Source: an uncultured Nitrososphaerota archaeon (lineage in GTDB: Archaea > Thermoproteota > Methanomethylicia > Culexarchaeales > Culexmicrobiaceae). Taken from it: 64,000 nt of DNA. The notes below the pieces were generated by a model that was not told the origin of the DNA, searched no databases, and worked only from the letters and a program-made list of their open reading frames with translations. Positions within the stretch are counted from its first letter, which is position 1; each line of letters begins with the position of its first letter. Of the stretch, positions 18,299 to 27,541 are shown in pieces. Both the position numbers and the translations under genes were made by a program. The stretch covers positions 3,880 through 67,879 of the forward strand of contig CAYWZQ010000010.1 in the NCBI GenBank assembly GCA_964462875.1, written 5' to 3'.

Positions 18299-18793
18299 TT
18301 AATGGGAATTGCATTTAATGGTTTCCTGCATTATGAGATAAAGCGAGATAGCTGCTGTTCCAATCGTACCGATGTTAATTGATGGGGCAAGGAAAACAGC
18401 TCGCCCCAATGATAGTTCCCTAGAGCTTAATCCTGGCTCTAAACCTCCATAAACCAGCATGATCAGTTTACCCATTGAAGCTTTCTCGCACACCTCTTTA
18501 GGATTAAATTGCTCTTTACCGTAAGGCTTTGGAGCAAATAGAAGGATCTCATCTGGATTAAAAAGATCTATTGCGTCCTGAACATCTGGAACTATTATTA
18601 AGCGTTTCCCCATATGCATTGCCAGTCTATGAGCTTCCGGAATACCTGATTGAGCAGCAGTACCTATTGCCTTGGATACTATAAGAGTATTAAAACCGAG
18701 TCCAAAACACAGCTTTGCCATTTCAACTACTCTCTGAACTGAATGGACATTATGCAGTACTACTAGAACGTTTCTGAAAATATTTACAGTCAT
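18299..18793 (-). CDS. SPOUT-superfamily-like small protein (DUF531-like)
   Basis: 164 aa. The C-terminal LVYGGLEPGLSSRELSLG...IGTIGTAAISLYLI resembles SpoU/TrmD knot motifs. 4-nt ATGA-type overlap with the upstream methyltransferase gene. Confidence 0.45.
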   Translation of the reverse strand: MTVNIFRNVLVVLHNVHSVQRVVEMAKLCFGLGFNTLIVSKAIGTAAQSGIPEAHRLAMHMGKRLIIVPDVQDAIDLFNPDEILLFAPKPYGKEQFNPKEVCEKASMGKLIMLVYGGLEPGLSSRELSLGRAVFLAPSINIGTIGTAAISLYLIMQETIKCNSH

Positions 18794-19776
18794 TCGGATT
18801 CACCACTACGCTCTAAATAATTCTTGACACTTAACGCTATTGCCCTGGCAAGCGGAACTGGTACAGCTTCACCTACTTGATTATATTGAACATCTCTACC
18901 TCCATGAAAGACATGATCATCGGGGAAGCCCATTAATCTCGCCTGCTCTCTAACGGTGAGAAGTCTATCCTCAAATGGATGTATAAATCTAGAGTTGCCG
19001 AGAACTGTTGGAGCCAACTTGTAGGGATGAAGTCTAATCCAGTTAGCATAAAACTTCCCATCAGCCCCCATGAAGTGAACTAGGGCCTGCCCCCACTTCA
19101 ATTTCGAAATTCTCTTCAACTTTGAAGGAGATAAGGGAACGGGTCTATGATTAGGGATATCATGAATGCTTCGGGGATCCGGCAGTCCTTCAAGTGCTTT
19201 GATAACTGGAATTCTAGCCTTAACTTTCCTAGGTCTAATTTTGATGTTCGAAATAAAGACTCTAGTTCTTCTTGAAGGCGTTCCATAGTTTTCAGCTCTC
19301 AAAATATTGAAGTACACTTTCCTATATCCGACTCTAGCGAATTCCTTTCTTAAAGCAACTCTGAGCTCACCATCAAGTATTTGAGGTACATTCTCCATAA
19401 CAAATACTTTAGGTCTTAAATCGCCAACAAATCTTATGAAGTGGAGCACAAGCCTACCTATAGAGTCGCCATAGAGCCTATCAAGCGGACTTTTCTTTCT
19501 CCTAAAATTTAGAGCAGTAAAGGGTTCACATGGAGGTCCTCCGATTACTACATCAGGCGGCTCTCCAATAACATTCAAGAGGTCCTGAGCATGAACTCTC
19601 TTAATATCTTCAATTATTAAGAATGCTTCAGGGAAATTAGCAGCATAGGTTTCCGCAACCGGGTCAAAGTTTTCTATGGCAGCCACTATTCTAAAACCAG
19701 CATCTTTAAAACCTCTAGAGAAACCACCAGCGCCGGAAAATAAATCAACGACAGTCCATGAAAACACGCCAAACAC
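18790..19776 (-). CDS. Cytosine-C5 methyltransferase (Dcm/Dnmt fold)
   Basis: Motif I DLFSGAGG; motif IV GGPPCEPFT (E in place of the usual Q); motif VI MENVPQI; motif VIII SRRTRVFIS; motif IX REQARLMGFPD; motif X QVGEAVPVPLA. Confidence 0.85.
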   Translation of the reverse strand: MFGVFSWTVVDLFSGAGGFSRGFKDAGFRIVAAIENFDPVAETYAANFPEAFLIIEDIKRVHAQDLLNVIGEPPDVVIGGPPCEPFTALNFRRKKSPLDRLYGDSIGRLVLHFIRFVGDLRPKVFVMENVPQILDGELRVALRKEFARVGYRKVYFNILRAENYGTPSRRTRVFISNIKIRPRKVKARIPVIKALEGLPDPRSIHDIPNHRPVPLSPSKLKRISKLKWGQALVHFMGADGKFYANWIRLHPYKLAPTVLGNSRFIHPFEDRLLTVREQARLMGFPDDHVFHGGRDVQYNQVGEAVPVPLARAIALSVKNYLERSGESE

Positions 19777-19901
19777 CCAACTAGGCAGCTTACTTCAAGC
19801 TCCCTTCACCTCAATTGGAAAAACCAAGTAATAAGAGTTAGTAAGCAAAATCTAGAAACCTTTATTATACACCTAAAACTATCCATCTATCTGGAAACAC
19901 A

Positions 19902-20000
19902 GCCGGGGTCGCCTAGCCTGGTTAGGGCGTCGGCTTGCTATACTGGGTGCAAAAAGCCGATGGCCGAAAGGCCGCGCGGGTTCGAATCCCGCCCCCGGCG
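19902..20000 (+). tRNA. tRNA-Ser (anticodon GCU) with a ~14-nt intron at the canonical 37/38 position
   Basis: Acceptor GCCGGGG/CCCCGGC. Anticodon stem TCGGC...GCCGA is interrupted after UUGCUA by TACTGGGTGCAAAA (about 19941-19954). Long variable arm GGCCGAAAGGCC; T-loop GGTTCGAATCC. Confidence 0.85.
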
Positions 20001-20055
20001 CATCATAAATTTTCACTGAACGCAACACTTATGCAGAAGCGAATTCTTAAATTGT

Positions 20056-20396
20056 TGGGGGCGGCGGCTAGGCGGGGGGCTCGGCCTCCCCTCGCAGGGG
20101 GAACTCCTCCTGCGCCGCAAAGGGTCGATATGGCGGGCCGAAGCCAGTGTCAGGCGCCCTGAACGACCATCTGCCCCGGTAACACGGCGATGAAGTCTCG
20201 TCCCATGGGGTCGCCGGCGGGTGATAGGTCCTCCGAAGGGAGGACTGAATCACCCTTGCCAGGCGAATCGGGTCAGGCCAGGAATGGAGCAGCCCTAAGC
20301 CTGGACGGCGACGTTCATGGGGGTGCGGGGCTGAGACCGGTTCCGGGTGACAGATGGTCGGGAGGGGCGTCGAGCACTGGCGTGCCGCCGCCCTCC
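20056..20396 (+). ncRNA. Signal recognition particle RNA (7S / SRP RNA)
   Basis: A roughly 340-nt strongly GC-rich island in an AT-rich genome. 5' GGGGGCGGCGGC pairs with 3' GCCGCCGCCCTCC. A helix-6-like perfect hairpin GGTGATAGGTCCTCCGAAGGGAGGACTGAATCACC sits at 20220-20254. The helix-8 motif GGTCAGGCCAGGAATGGAGCAGCC (20271-20294) is comparable to the conserved GGUCAGGUCCGGAAGGAAGCAGCC. Confidence 0.9.
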
Positions 20397-20426
20397 TCAA
20401 TACTTTACATTTGAATTAATCATTCC

Positions 20427-21356
20427 TCATAGTAGCCCCAATTGTTCAAGTAGTTCACATGCCCTACATATTTCTTGGGTTGTTGGTTCACCACAGTACT
20501 TGCATGGTTTAAGATGCACCTGCCCAATTCTATCCATGATCATGTGCACGAGTTTTTCCGCTGATGAAACGATTGAATATTTGACTCCCGGATGCTTATG
20601 TTCCAATTCATTTAAGAATCTTCTGAATTCATCTCTAAAAGAAGTTCTCGCATATGGGCAGTCTATCGGATAAAAATCAATACCATTAAAATATGCATAG
20701 AGAGCTATTTCGGCTTCAGGTATTAGCTTCATGGGTTTAATTCTTGGAATAAATCCTGGCTGCCTATTTGACTCAAGAGCAATAGCCCTCACTAATCTAC
20801 CTATATCACCTCTAACAATATTCATGAGGACTGTTTGCGCCTCATCATCCAGGTTGTGGGCAGTAGCTATTTTATCAACTCCCAACTCCTTACCCTTAAC
20901 ATTCAATATTTTCCTCCTAAGAACACCGCAATAAGTGCATGCATGATGGGGGATACGCTTTCGCTTAGCCATCCTAACTATTTCATTCAGCGTATAACCA
21001 TAGAACTCTTTAAATGAGAATACTTCATGCCTAATTTTTAATGCCTCAGCATTTTTCCTCGCTATCTTCAACCCATAATCCCTATACTCAGGTATTCCCT
21101 CATCTATAGTTACAGCTATTAACTCAGCCTCAGGGAAATCCATTTCAATCTTATGCAATATCCTCATCATCACCACACTATCCTTACCGCCGGAAACAGC
21201 CAGCATAGTGAAATCACTTCTCTCAAGCATTTCATACTTCCCAATAGTCCACCTAACCTTATTCTCAATTGACTTAATGAAACACTTCTTGCAAAGTGCA
21301 ACTCCTGAATGCCTGCGCCTAAACACAGCCTTAGCACCGCAAAAAGTACATTTCAA
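20427..21356 (-). CDS. PP-loop ATPase, tRNA 2-thiolation enzyme (TtuA/NcsA-like)
   Basis: N-terminal CxxC...CxxC, PP-loop SGGKDS, C-terminal CKYCGEPTTQEICRAC zinc finger. Confidence 0.8.
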   Translation of the reverse strand: MKCTFCGAKAVFRRRHSGVALCKKCFIKSIENKVRWTIGKYEMLERSDFTMLAVSGGKDSVVMMRILHKIEMDFPEAELIAVTIDEGIPEYRDYGLKIARKNAEALKIRHEVFSFKEFYGYTLNEIVRMAKRKRIPHHACTYCGVLRRKILNVKGKELGVDKIATAHNLDDEAQTVLMNIVRGDIGRLVRAIALESNRQPGFIPRIKPMKLIPEAEIALYAYFNGIDFYPIDCPYARTSFRDEFRRFLNELEHKHPGVKYSIVSSAEKLVHMIMDRIGQVHLKPCKYCGEPTTQEICRACELLEQLGLL

Positions 21357-21372
21357 AATCTAATCACCACCC

Positions 21373-22629
21373 CTAAAGACTAGCTCTTCCAAAGCCTAAG
21401 GAAAAAGATATATTCAAAATTAACAGCAAAAGAGCCGTGAAGCGCAATATTGATAGAATAGCTTCACCAATACTCATCTTCTTACCCATGAAGTATACTG
21501 TTCTCCTCCTAAAGCATTGTTGCTGAAAGATTACCTCAAAAAACCTATTTCCGTCAAATACTGGTATGGGCAGCATATTGATGAGAGCAGCACTTATTGA
21601 TAATACCTCAAGCCACGATAAGAAGCTATACAAATACCAGGGAAACATGTAAGAAACGAAGTAACAGAACGGCTTTTTAGGAGGATAATAGTTGAAAGTC
21701 CTAATCCCAAGAAAGGCAATGGACTTGTTAAACGGGTGATAGGAACTCCTAACCACTAGCTCCCTATCTGAAAGCAATATGACGAGGGAGCTATTAGCTG
21801 GTGTACACTGCATAAAGCGTATGAACTCGAGAGTATCATGGATCCTCACACCATTAATAGCCATTATAACATCTCCAATCCGCATACCGCATCTGCTTGC
21901 AGGTGAACTTGGAAGTACATCAAGCACTAAAACGCCTTGAGCTGAATCAAATACTGGGCTGAGTACTAATGCAAAATTCATGATTAGGAGTGCTGCTAGC
22001 ACTCCACAAGCAATATTAGCCATTGAGCCAGCAGCAAGCAATCTTAACTTTGAAGATGAGGGAGCTCTATCCACATCTTCATCAGATAGCTCGGCAAACC
22101 CCCCAAAAACTGCTATAACCATAACAAAGCCTATGCTCTTAACTCTTATACCCTCAACTCTCGCAGCAATACCATGAAAAAGTTCATGAAAACAAAACAC
22201 TATAATTGCTGAAGTAATAAAATAAGGTATAGACTCCAACCCTATAGTCAAGCCAGGAATCAATGGAAGCACTGGTGCAGCCCTTTCCCCCAATTGAATT
22301 TTAACAAGATTTTGTGAGAGAAATATAAAAATATAAATAAGCTGCCCTAAAGCTAGAAAAACACCTACTGTAAAAATACTTTTCCAAAGAGTAGGACATT
22401 TACTAGCTATTTTATCAATCACAGGATTTAGACGAGTAGTCCTCCATAAAAAAGTGAGATATGGCTTCAATTCAACCCCATATTTCTTGAGGTCCATTAG
22501 CTTATAGAGTAACAGAATAATTAGCCACAATACCGCTAACACTAAAACTGCAACCAGCACATTACTCAGAGCACTTCCCTCCAACTCCAAGCATAAGTTA
22601 ATACACAACCTTAATAATTGTGTTCTCAC
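21373..22629 (-). CDS. M50-family site-2 metalloprotease with PDZ domain
   Basis: HELFHG (HExxH) within a TM segment; PDZ-like GMRIGDVIMAINGVRI; multiple TM helices. The true start may be downstream (for example MDLKKY at about 22497), because the track start overlaps the divergent gene. Confidence 0.75.
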   Translation of the reverse strand: MRTQLLRLCINLCLELEGSALSNVLVAVLVLAVLWLIILLLYKLMDLKKYGVELKPYLTFLWRTTRLNPVIDKIASKCPTLWKSIFTVGVFLALGQLIYIFIFLSQNLVKIQLGERAAPVLPLIPGLTIGLESIPYFITSAIIVFCFHELFHGIAARVEGIRVKSIGFVMVIAVFGGFAELSDEDVDRAPSSSKLRLLAAGSMANIACGVLAALLIMNFALVLSPVFDSAQGVLVLDVLPSSPASRCGMRIGDVIMAINGVRIHDTLEFIRFMQCTPANSSLVILLSDRELVVRSSYHPFNKSIAFLGIRTFNYYPPKKPFCYFVSYMFPWYLYSFLSWLEVLSISAALINMLPIPVFDGNRFFEVIFQQQCFRRRTVYFMGKKMSIGEAILSILRFTALLLLILNISFSLGFGRASL

Positions 22630-23361
22630 ACTTTACTACAGGCCTTGAATGCGAAACCCGTAATAAGAGGAGATGTAAGGGAAGTAACTTATAGCAGAGA
22701 ACACTGGAAGCTACTTCAAGAGTTAAGAAGCAGAGCCGCGAAGATAATGGAATCCCTCGAGAGGGAGGGATTGAGCACTATAGTTCATGGCAGTATAGCA
22801 AGAGGAGACATTAAGAAAAACAGTGACATTGACATTGTGATACCATACCCCGTACCATCATTTAAAGTTGAAATAGCACTTGAAAGATACGGGTATAATC
22901 TTCAAAAACGAGAAATAGTCCAAGCAACACCTGCTCATGCAATCAAAGCCCACATATACATCGACGAAAGAACCGTGGTAACATTTCCTCTAGTTGAATT
23001 AACTAGAACCGAAAGAGAGTTCTACAAATTTGGTGGCGAATTAAGCCTAAAAGAGTTACTTAAAGGAATAAGGGTTCCTGGGGTAAATAAAAACCTCTTA
23101 CTAATAATACCAACTAGTAAAGGACATATTGAAATGCCAGTCATGGGAAGAGAGCCGGAAGTAGCCAAAATAATTGGTGTATCAATAAACATAGTAAATG
23201 AAAGAGTGAGAATATTAACCAGAAGGGATCAAATAGGAAGAACAGGAGTTTATCTGAAGCGAGAGCTAGCACCAAATGAAGCATTCGAAAAAGTGCTCAG
23301 AGAAATAGCTTTGAAAGATCCAGCCGTTAGAAGAAGAATCAAGGGTTTAAATAGTATTTAA
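22618..23361 (+). CDS. Pol-beta-superfamily nucleotidyltransferase-domain protein
   Basis: HGSIARGDIKKNSDIDIVI (GS...D.D) motif; 247 aa. Start uncertain (TTG 22618 or TTG 22645). Confidence 0.65.
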   Translation: MCSHTLLQALNAKPVIRGDVREVTYSREHWKLLQELRSRAAKIMESLEREGLSTIVHGSIARGDIKKNSDIDIVIPYPVPSFKVEIALERYGYNLQKREIVQATPAHAIKAHIYIDERTVVTFPLVELTRTEREFYKFGGELSLKELLKGIRVPGVNKNLLLIIPTSKGHIEMPVMGREPEVAKIIGVSINIVNERVRILTRRDQIGRTGVYLKRELAPNEAFEKVLREIALKDPAVRRRIKGLNSI

Positions 23362-23389
23362 TATCCTAGGAGAAAGGGGTTGAAGGCAA

Positions 23390-23653
23390 GTGCTATCATT
23401 AATTGTCGAAATCAGTATGGAGGAGAAATTCAGAGAGCTCATTTTGAAGATTCTTGAAGCTATAGAGAGGAACATACTTTGGCTAATGAATACGGTTAAA
23501 GTCGTAGCACTCCACATAGCTAGAGGCTCCTACTTTACAATGATGATACTCGGGATAATTCTATGGGCTACGGGACTTAACAGATATATGGGTAGGAGGT
23601 TAATGATAGGGGGTTCAATAATAGCTCTTTTATCCGAAATTCTATTGAGCTAG
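23390..23653 (+). CDS. Small predicted membrane protein
   Basis: ORF with hydrophobic segments (YFTMMILGIILWATGL, LMIGGSIIALLSEILL). The ATG at 23417 is an alternative start. Confidence 0.35.
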   Translation: MLSLIVEISMEEKFRELILKILEAIERNILWLMNTVKVVALHIARGSYFTMMILGIILWATGLNRYMGRRLMIGGSIIALLSEILLS

Positions 23654-23665
23654 AAACGCAATATT

Positions 23666-24793
23666 ATGTTAGTCATGAAACGCAAAATCTGGGAAACAAT
23701 AGGCAATTCAATAGTTGTTGGTGAACTCAGCAGGGGATGCGAACTATGCATGAAAGGTGAAAAACTAGTCTTATTTATCACAGGATTATGCGGCGCCAAG
23801 TGCTTTTATTGTCCACTAAGCGAGGATAGGAAAAATGTAGATGTAATGTATGCCAATGAAGTAAGGATAAAAAGCATTAAGGAAGCCATTAAAGAAGCCG
23901 AGCTCATGAATGCCAATGGAACTGGAATTACTGGAGGAGACCCATTAATGGTATTAGACAGGACATTAGAGGCAATCAAAAGATTAAAAGAACACTTTGG
24001 ATATGAACATCACATACACTTATACACAAATGCAATACTACTAACACTAAATAATGCATTAAAACTGAAAAAATCAGGTCTTGATGAATTAAGAATACAC
24101 CCGACGCGAGAAGAGGATTGGGCAAAAGTGGCAATTGCCAAAAAGGCTGGACTCTTCGTGGGAATAGAAATTCCAGTAATTCCAGGAGAAATCAACATAT
24201 TAAAAAGAAAGCTGAGACTTGCAGAAAAGCTTCAGGTAGATTTTGTTAATTTAAATGAACTCGAATTCACTCCATCTAATTCACTAAACTTAAGAATTAG
24301 GGGATTTAGACTGAAAAAAGAAAGTTTAGCTGCCGTCGAGGGAAGCGAGGAGGAAGCATTAAAGATAATTAGGTGGGCAGCTGATAGAACAAACCTAAAT
24401 GTGCATTATTGCCCCAGTAAATTGAAAGATTCAGTTCAATTTAGAAATAGGATAAAGAGAATAGCCAAGAAAATAGCCAAAAAATATGAAAAAGTAACAG
24501 ATGATGGATTACTATTAAAAGGGGTTATAGAATGGAATGGAAATTTAGATAAATTAATAAATAAAATAAAGAAAAAACTAAATATACCAAATGATATGAT
24601 AGAAATTAATACTAAGAAATATAGAATTGAAACTTCAATAGAATTATTAAAAGAAATACTTAAAATGAAATTACCAACAGGTGCCAGAGCATTTATAGTT
24701 GAAGAATATCCAATTAAGGGGAGACTTGAGGTAACAAAGCTACTCATTAGAAGAACTCAAGAGCTCAACAGCTTTTCTGAAAGCACCAATTAA
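23666..24793 (+). CDS. Radical SAM domain protein
   Basis: CGAKCFYCPL (CxxxCxxC) cluster motif and GGDPL. Function not assignable. Confidence 0.75.
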   Translation: MLVMKRKIWETIGNSIVVGELSRGCELCMKGEKLVLFITGLCGAKCFYCPLSEDRKNVDVMYANEVRIKSIKEAIKEAELMNANGTGITGGDPLMVLDRTLEAIKRLKEHFGYEHHIHLYTNAILLTLNNALKLKKSGLDELRIHPTREEDWAKVAIAKKAGLFVGIEIPVIPGEINILKRKLRLAEKLQVDFVNLNELEFTPSNSLNLRIRGFRLKKESLAAVEGSEEEALKIIRWAADRTNLNVHYCPSKLKDSVQFRNRIKRIAKKIAKKYEKVTDDGLLLKGVIEWNGNLDKLINKIKKKLNIPNDMIEINTKKYRIETSIELLKEILKMKLPTGARAFIVEEYPIKGRLEVTKLLIRRTQELNSFSESTN

Positions 24794-25456
24794 TGTATGA
24801 GCCTCCCTACCCGATATGAAGGCTCTTCCAATAATATGTTTGAATACTGTAATGACTATTTCCTTCTTATATGGATCATACTCAAGCAAATTCACAAAAT
24901 CATTAAAGTACTTTACTAAAACAGTTTTCTCAACTACAGATGCTTCTCTAAAACCTTTAAAAGAAGGTTTTTCAAGGAAAGTATATATTTCATAGAGAAT
25001 TATTGCTACTGCATGAGAAACATTTAAAACTGGGTACTCATTACTTGCAGGTATAGTTACTATCAAATCGCATAATCTAAGTTCATCATTTGTTAACCCA
25101 TAACTCTCCCTTCCAAAAACTATGCCAACATTACCACTTACTTCAGCCAGAACATGTGCTAACTCTCTTGGAGTTATAGGAACCCTCAGAACATTGTAAT
25201 CTCCACCCACCTTACTTGTAGTACCAATCATAAAGTCTAGCTTAGAGGATAATGATGAAAGCGAGTCTACTACTAATGCGCTTTCAAGTACATCAACCGC
25301 ATGTGAAGCAAAAATTTTTGCTTCAATAGCATCAGGGCGTGTTCTCGGATTAACTAACACCAAGTTCTTGAAACCAAAATTCTTCATAACTCTAGCAACA
25401 AACCCTATGTTTCCGGCCTGTTCCGGTTCAACTAAAACAACATATAAGTTTAACAA
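24740..25456 (-). CDS. SpoU/TrmH-family RNA 2'-O-methyltransferase (TrmJ-like)
   Basis: VVLVEPEQAGNIGFVARVMKNFGF...IVFGRESYGLTNDEL...VLNVSHAVAIILYE SPOUT motifs. Confidence 0.8.
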   Translation of the reverse strand: MLNLYVVLVEPEQAGNIGFVARVMKNFGFKNLVLVNPRTRPDAIEAKIFASHAVDVLESALVVDSLSSLSSKLDFMIGTTSKVGGDYNVLRVPITPRELAHVLAEVSGNVGIVFGRESYGLTNDELRLCDLIVTIPASNEYPVLNVSHAVAIILYEIYTFLEKPSFKGFREASVVEKTVLVKYFNDFVNLLEYDPYKKEIVITVFKHIIGRAFISGREAHTLIGAFRKAVELLSSSNE

Positions 25457-26067
25457 CCTAATCGCCTCTTAACTGCTCTCACTACACATAGTTCCTCGAA
25501 GAAGAACTTCTTTCTATTAATAATTTCTACCTTGAAACCTAATGCCTTAAGCTTATTAACTGTGACATAGAAATTTGAAATATCCGATTGCACCATTAGA
25601 ACCATGCTTCCGGCCCTAACGTATTCACTGATCACAGAAAGAAACCTATCTATAACTTGCCTACCATCATGACCGCCGCACCAAGAAATTCGTTCCCAGA
25701 AAGGAATCAGCATATCAAGCTCATTTTCGGGAACATAGGGCGGGTTAAATACTATTAAGTCGAAAAATTTACCCGATCTTATCGCGTAAAGTAAATCAGC
25801 ACAAAGCACATCAACTCTATCGAGTAAGCCGTGCAAATGCGCATTTACCTTAGTATTTGCAACCGCCATGGGATTTAAATCCACTGCTAGCACATAATTA
25901 GCCTTGTTAGCTAGTAACAAGGTTAAGAAGCCGCACCCGCAACCAACATCTAGAGCCATATTAAATTTTCGATTTTCCCTAAGTATATACTCGGCAAGTA
26001 ACAAGGAGTCATCTGAAGGTATGTAAACACCATCAAACACGATAATATCCATTCCCATAATCTTCAA
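25450..26067 (-). CDS. HemK/Mtq2-like N5-glutamine (NPPY) methyltransferase
   Basis: SAM motif LDVGCGCGF and catalytic VFNPPYVP. Confidence 0.75.
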   Translation of the reverse strand: MKIMGMDIIVFDGVYIPSDDSLLLAEYILRENRKFNMALDVGCGCGFLTLLLANKANYVLAVDLNPMAVANTKVNAHLHGLLDRVDVLCADLLYAIRSGKFFDLIVFNPPYVPENELDMLIPFWERISWCGGHDGRQVIDRFLSVISEYVRAGSMVLMVQSDISNFYVTVNKLKALGFKVEIINRKKFFFEELCVVRAVKRRLGC

Positions 26068-26071
26068 TTTC

Positions 26072-26944
26072 CTAATTTAGCATTCCCTCCTCGACAATTA
26101 TTTTAGCAACCTCTAAAAATTCTTTAGGAGATAAATTTCTTATTCTCCTCTCCAGATACGGAACTCTAGCAAGTACTTGTTTGCAGAGAGAGTTCTTGAA
26201 ACCGAGTTTTTCCATAAGATATCGTGTCAGAGGCTTTCGCAGTTTTCTGTTTCTTTGAGTAAACAACCATTTCACAAGATCTAGCATAAGAACTTCAACT
26301 TTACTTAAGTGCTTTCTCTTTGGAACAAGCCTAACAATAGCAACATCAACGTCAGGTTCAGGATAAAAACATCTTCTTGAAACATATTTTAATAGCTCAA
26401 TTTCAGCAAGCAAGTTCAAAGCCACAGTTAATCTTCCATAATTAGGAGAACCCGGCTGAGCAACCATTCTCTCAGCAAACTCTTTTTGATAAGTTAAGAC
26501 TGCAAAACGGAAGCTAGCCTCTTCAATTAATTTGAACGTTACAGGTGAGGATATGTTGAAGGGCAGATTAGAAACCACTTTGTCCACCTCTGGAAGCTTC
26601 ATGGCCAGTATGTCTCCGTGAATTATTTCAACATTCTCAAACTCTTTTAAACGCCATTTTAAAACTTCAATTAACTTTTTATCTATTTCTACTGCAATGA
26701 CCTTTCTAGCCATTCTTGCTAATTCAATAGTCAAAGTACCTATGCCAGCACCAATCTCCAATACTAAGTCCTTATTAGAGAGAGAAGAAAATTTAATTAA
26801 ATCTCTTATCAAAGCACTTGAAACAACAAAATTTTGACCAAGAGATTTCTTAGGCTTTATGTTAAACATCTTCAGTATTTGCTTAGTTTCATGTAATAAA
26901 CTTAATTTCCTCAAATTGAACATATAGGGTACAAACATGATCAT
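26072..26944 (-). CDS. rsmA: 16S rRNA (adenine-N6,N6)-dimethyltransferase KsgA/Dim1
   Basis: KKSLGQNFVVSSALI, EIGAGIGTLT, VSNLPFNISSP. Confidence 0.9.
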   Translation of the reverse strand: MIMFVPYMFNLRKLSLLHETKQILKMFNIKPKKSLGQNFVVSSALIRDLIKFSSLSNKDLVLEIGAGIGTLTIELARMARKVIAVEIDKKLIEVLKWRLKEFENVEIIHGDILAMKLPEVDKVVSNLPFNISSPVTFKLIEEASFRFAVLTYQKEFAERMVAQPGSPNYGRLTVALNLLAEIELLKYVSRRCFYPEPDVDVAIVRLVPKRKHLSKVEVLMLDLVKWLFTQRNRKLRKPLTRYLMEKLGFKNSLCKQVLARVPYLERRIRNLSPKEFLEVAKIIVEEGMLN

Positions 26945-27525
26945 TTAACAAAAAGCTTGTACTTGTCTTCACCAGCAAGTTCCATGATTACCCGCTTAAC
27001 TATGAGCTTTTTGGGGTCGGGAATTTTAGTTCTCTTCCTTATATCTTCAAAGCTCTCGAATGGTCTCTTTTTTCTTTCCTCTAATATTACCCACAGCAAC
27101 TTTCTTCCTATACCAGGAAGAAGTTGTAGAGCATGAAGCCTAGTTGTTATTGCTCCTGCTCTATTGAAAAAGTCAACAAATTTCTTTTCATTTGATATAA
27201 CGATGACTTCAATAACCGATGGCAGTTCATCTTTAGCTGAAACAGTTAAATCATCATAGGTTATTCGTCTTCTAACGCGAGCTATTTTATCTCTTTCCCC
27301 TCTACCTATAAAGACCTTTTCACCTGGAGATAAAAATACCCCGGGCTTTGGAACAACTTCCAATAATGTGAAGTATGACTCACCAATGACTTGAGCTATT
27401 GGTTCACGCTTAAAGAGTGGAGTTGATTCAAGTGGATGTCCATGCGGTAAAAAATCAAGAACATATGCATAATCCTCATAGAACTCCCTGTTTCTTAGCT
27501 TTCTGACGAAGAGAGAGCTTCTCAA
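26941..27525 (-). CDS. DUF655 family protein (HhH-containing, conserved in the rpoF-ksgA cluster)
   Basis: EDYAYVLDFLPHGHP...; C-terminal helix-hairpin-helix-like LQLLPGIGRKL; conserved neighbourhood. Confidence 0.75.
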   Translation of the reverse strand: MRSSLFVRKLRNREFYEDYAYVLDFLPHGHPLESTPLFKREPIAQVIGESYFTLLEVVPKPGVFLSPGEKVFIGRGERDKIARVRRRITYDDLTVSAKDELPSVIEVIVISNEKKFVDFFNRAGAITTRLHALQLLPGIGRKLLWVILEERKKRPFESFEDIRKRTKIPDPKKLIVKRVIMELAGEDKYKLFVK

Positions 27526-27541
27526 CTATAAACCTCCAAAT

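Noticed and set aside
19935-20414. Three overlapping ORFs (75, 110 and 74 aa) with Arg/Gly/Pro/Ala-rich translations
   Set aside because: They coincide with tRNA-Ser(GCU) and the GC-rich SRP RNA. Their composition reflects structured RNA, not coding sequence.
22618-22629. 12-nt head-to-head overlap of the site-2 protease and nucleotidyltransferase ORFs
   Set aside because: This is most likely an artefact of taking the longest ORFs. Downstream starts (about 22497 and 22645) would leave a normal divergent promoter region.
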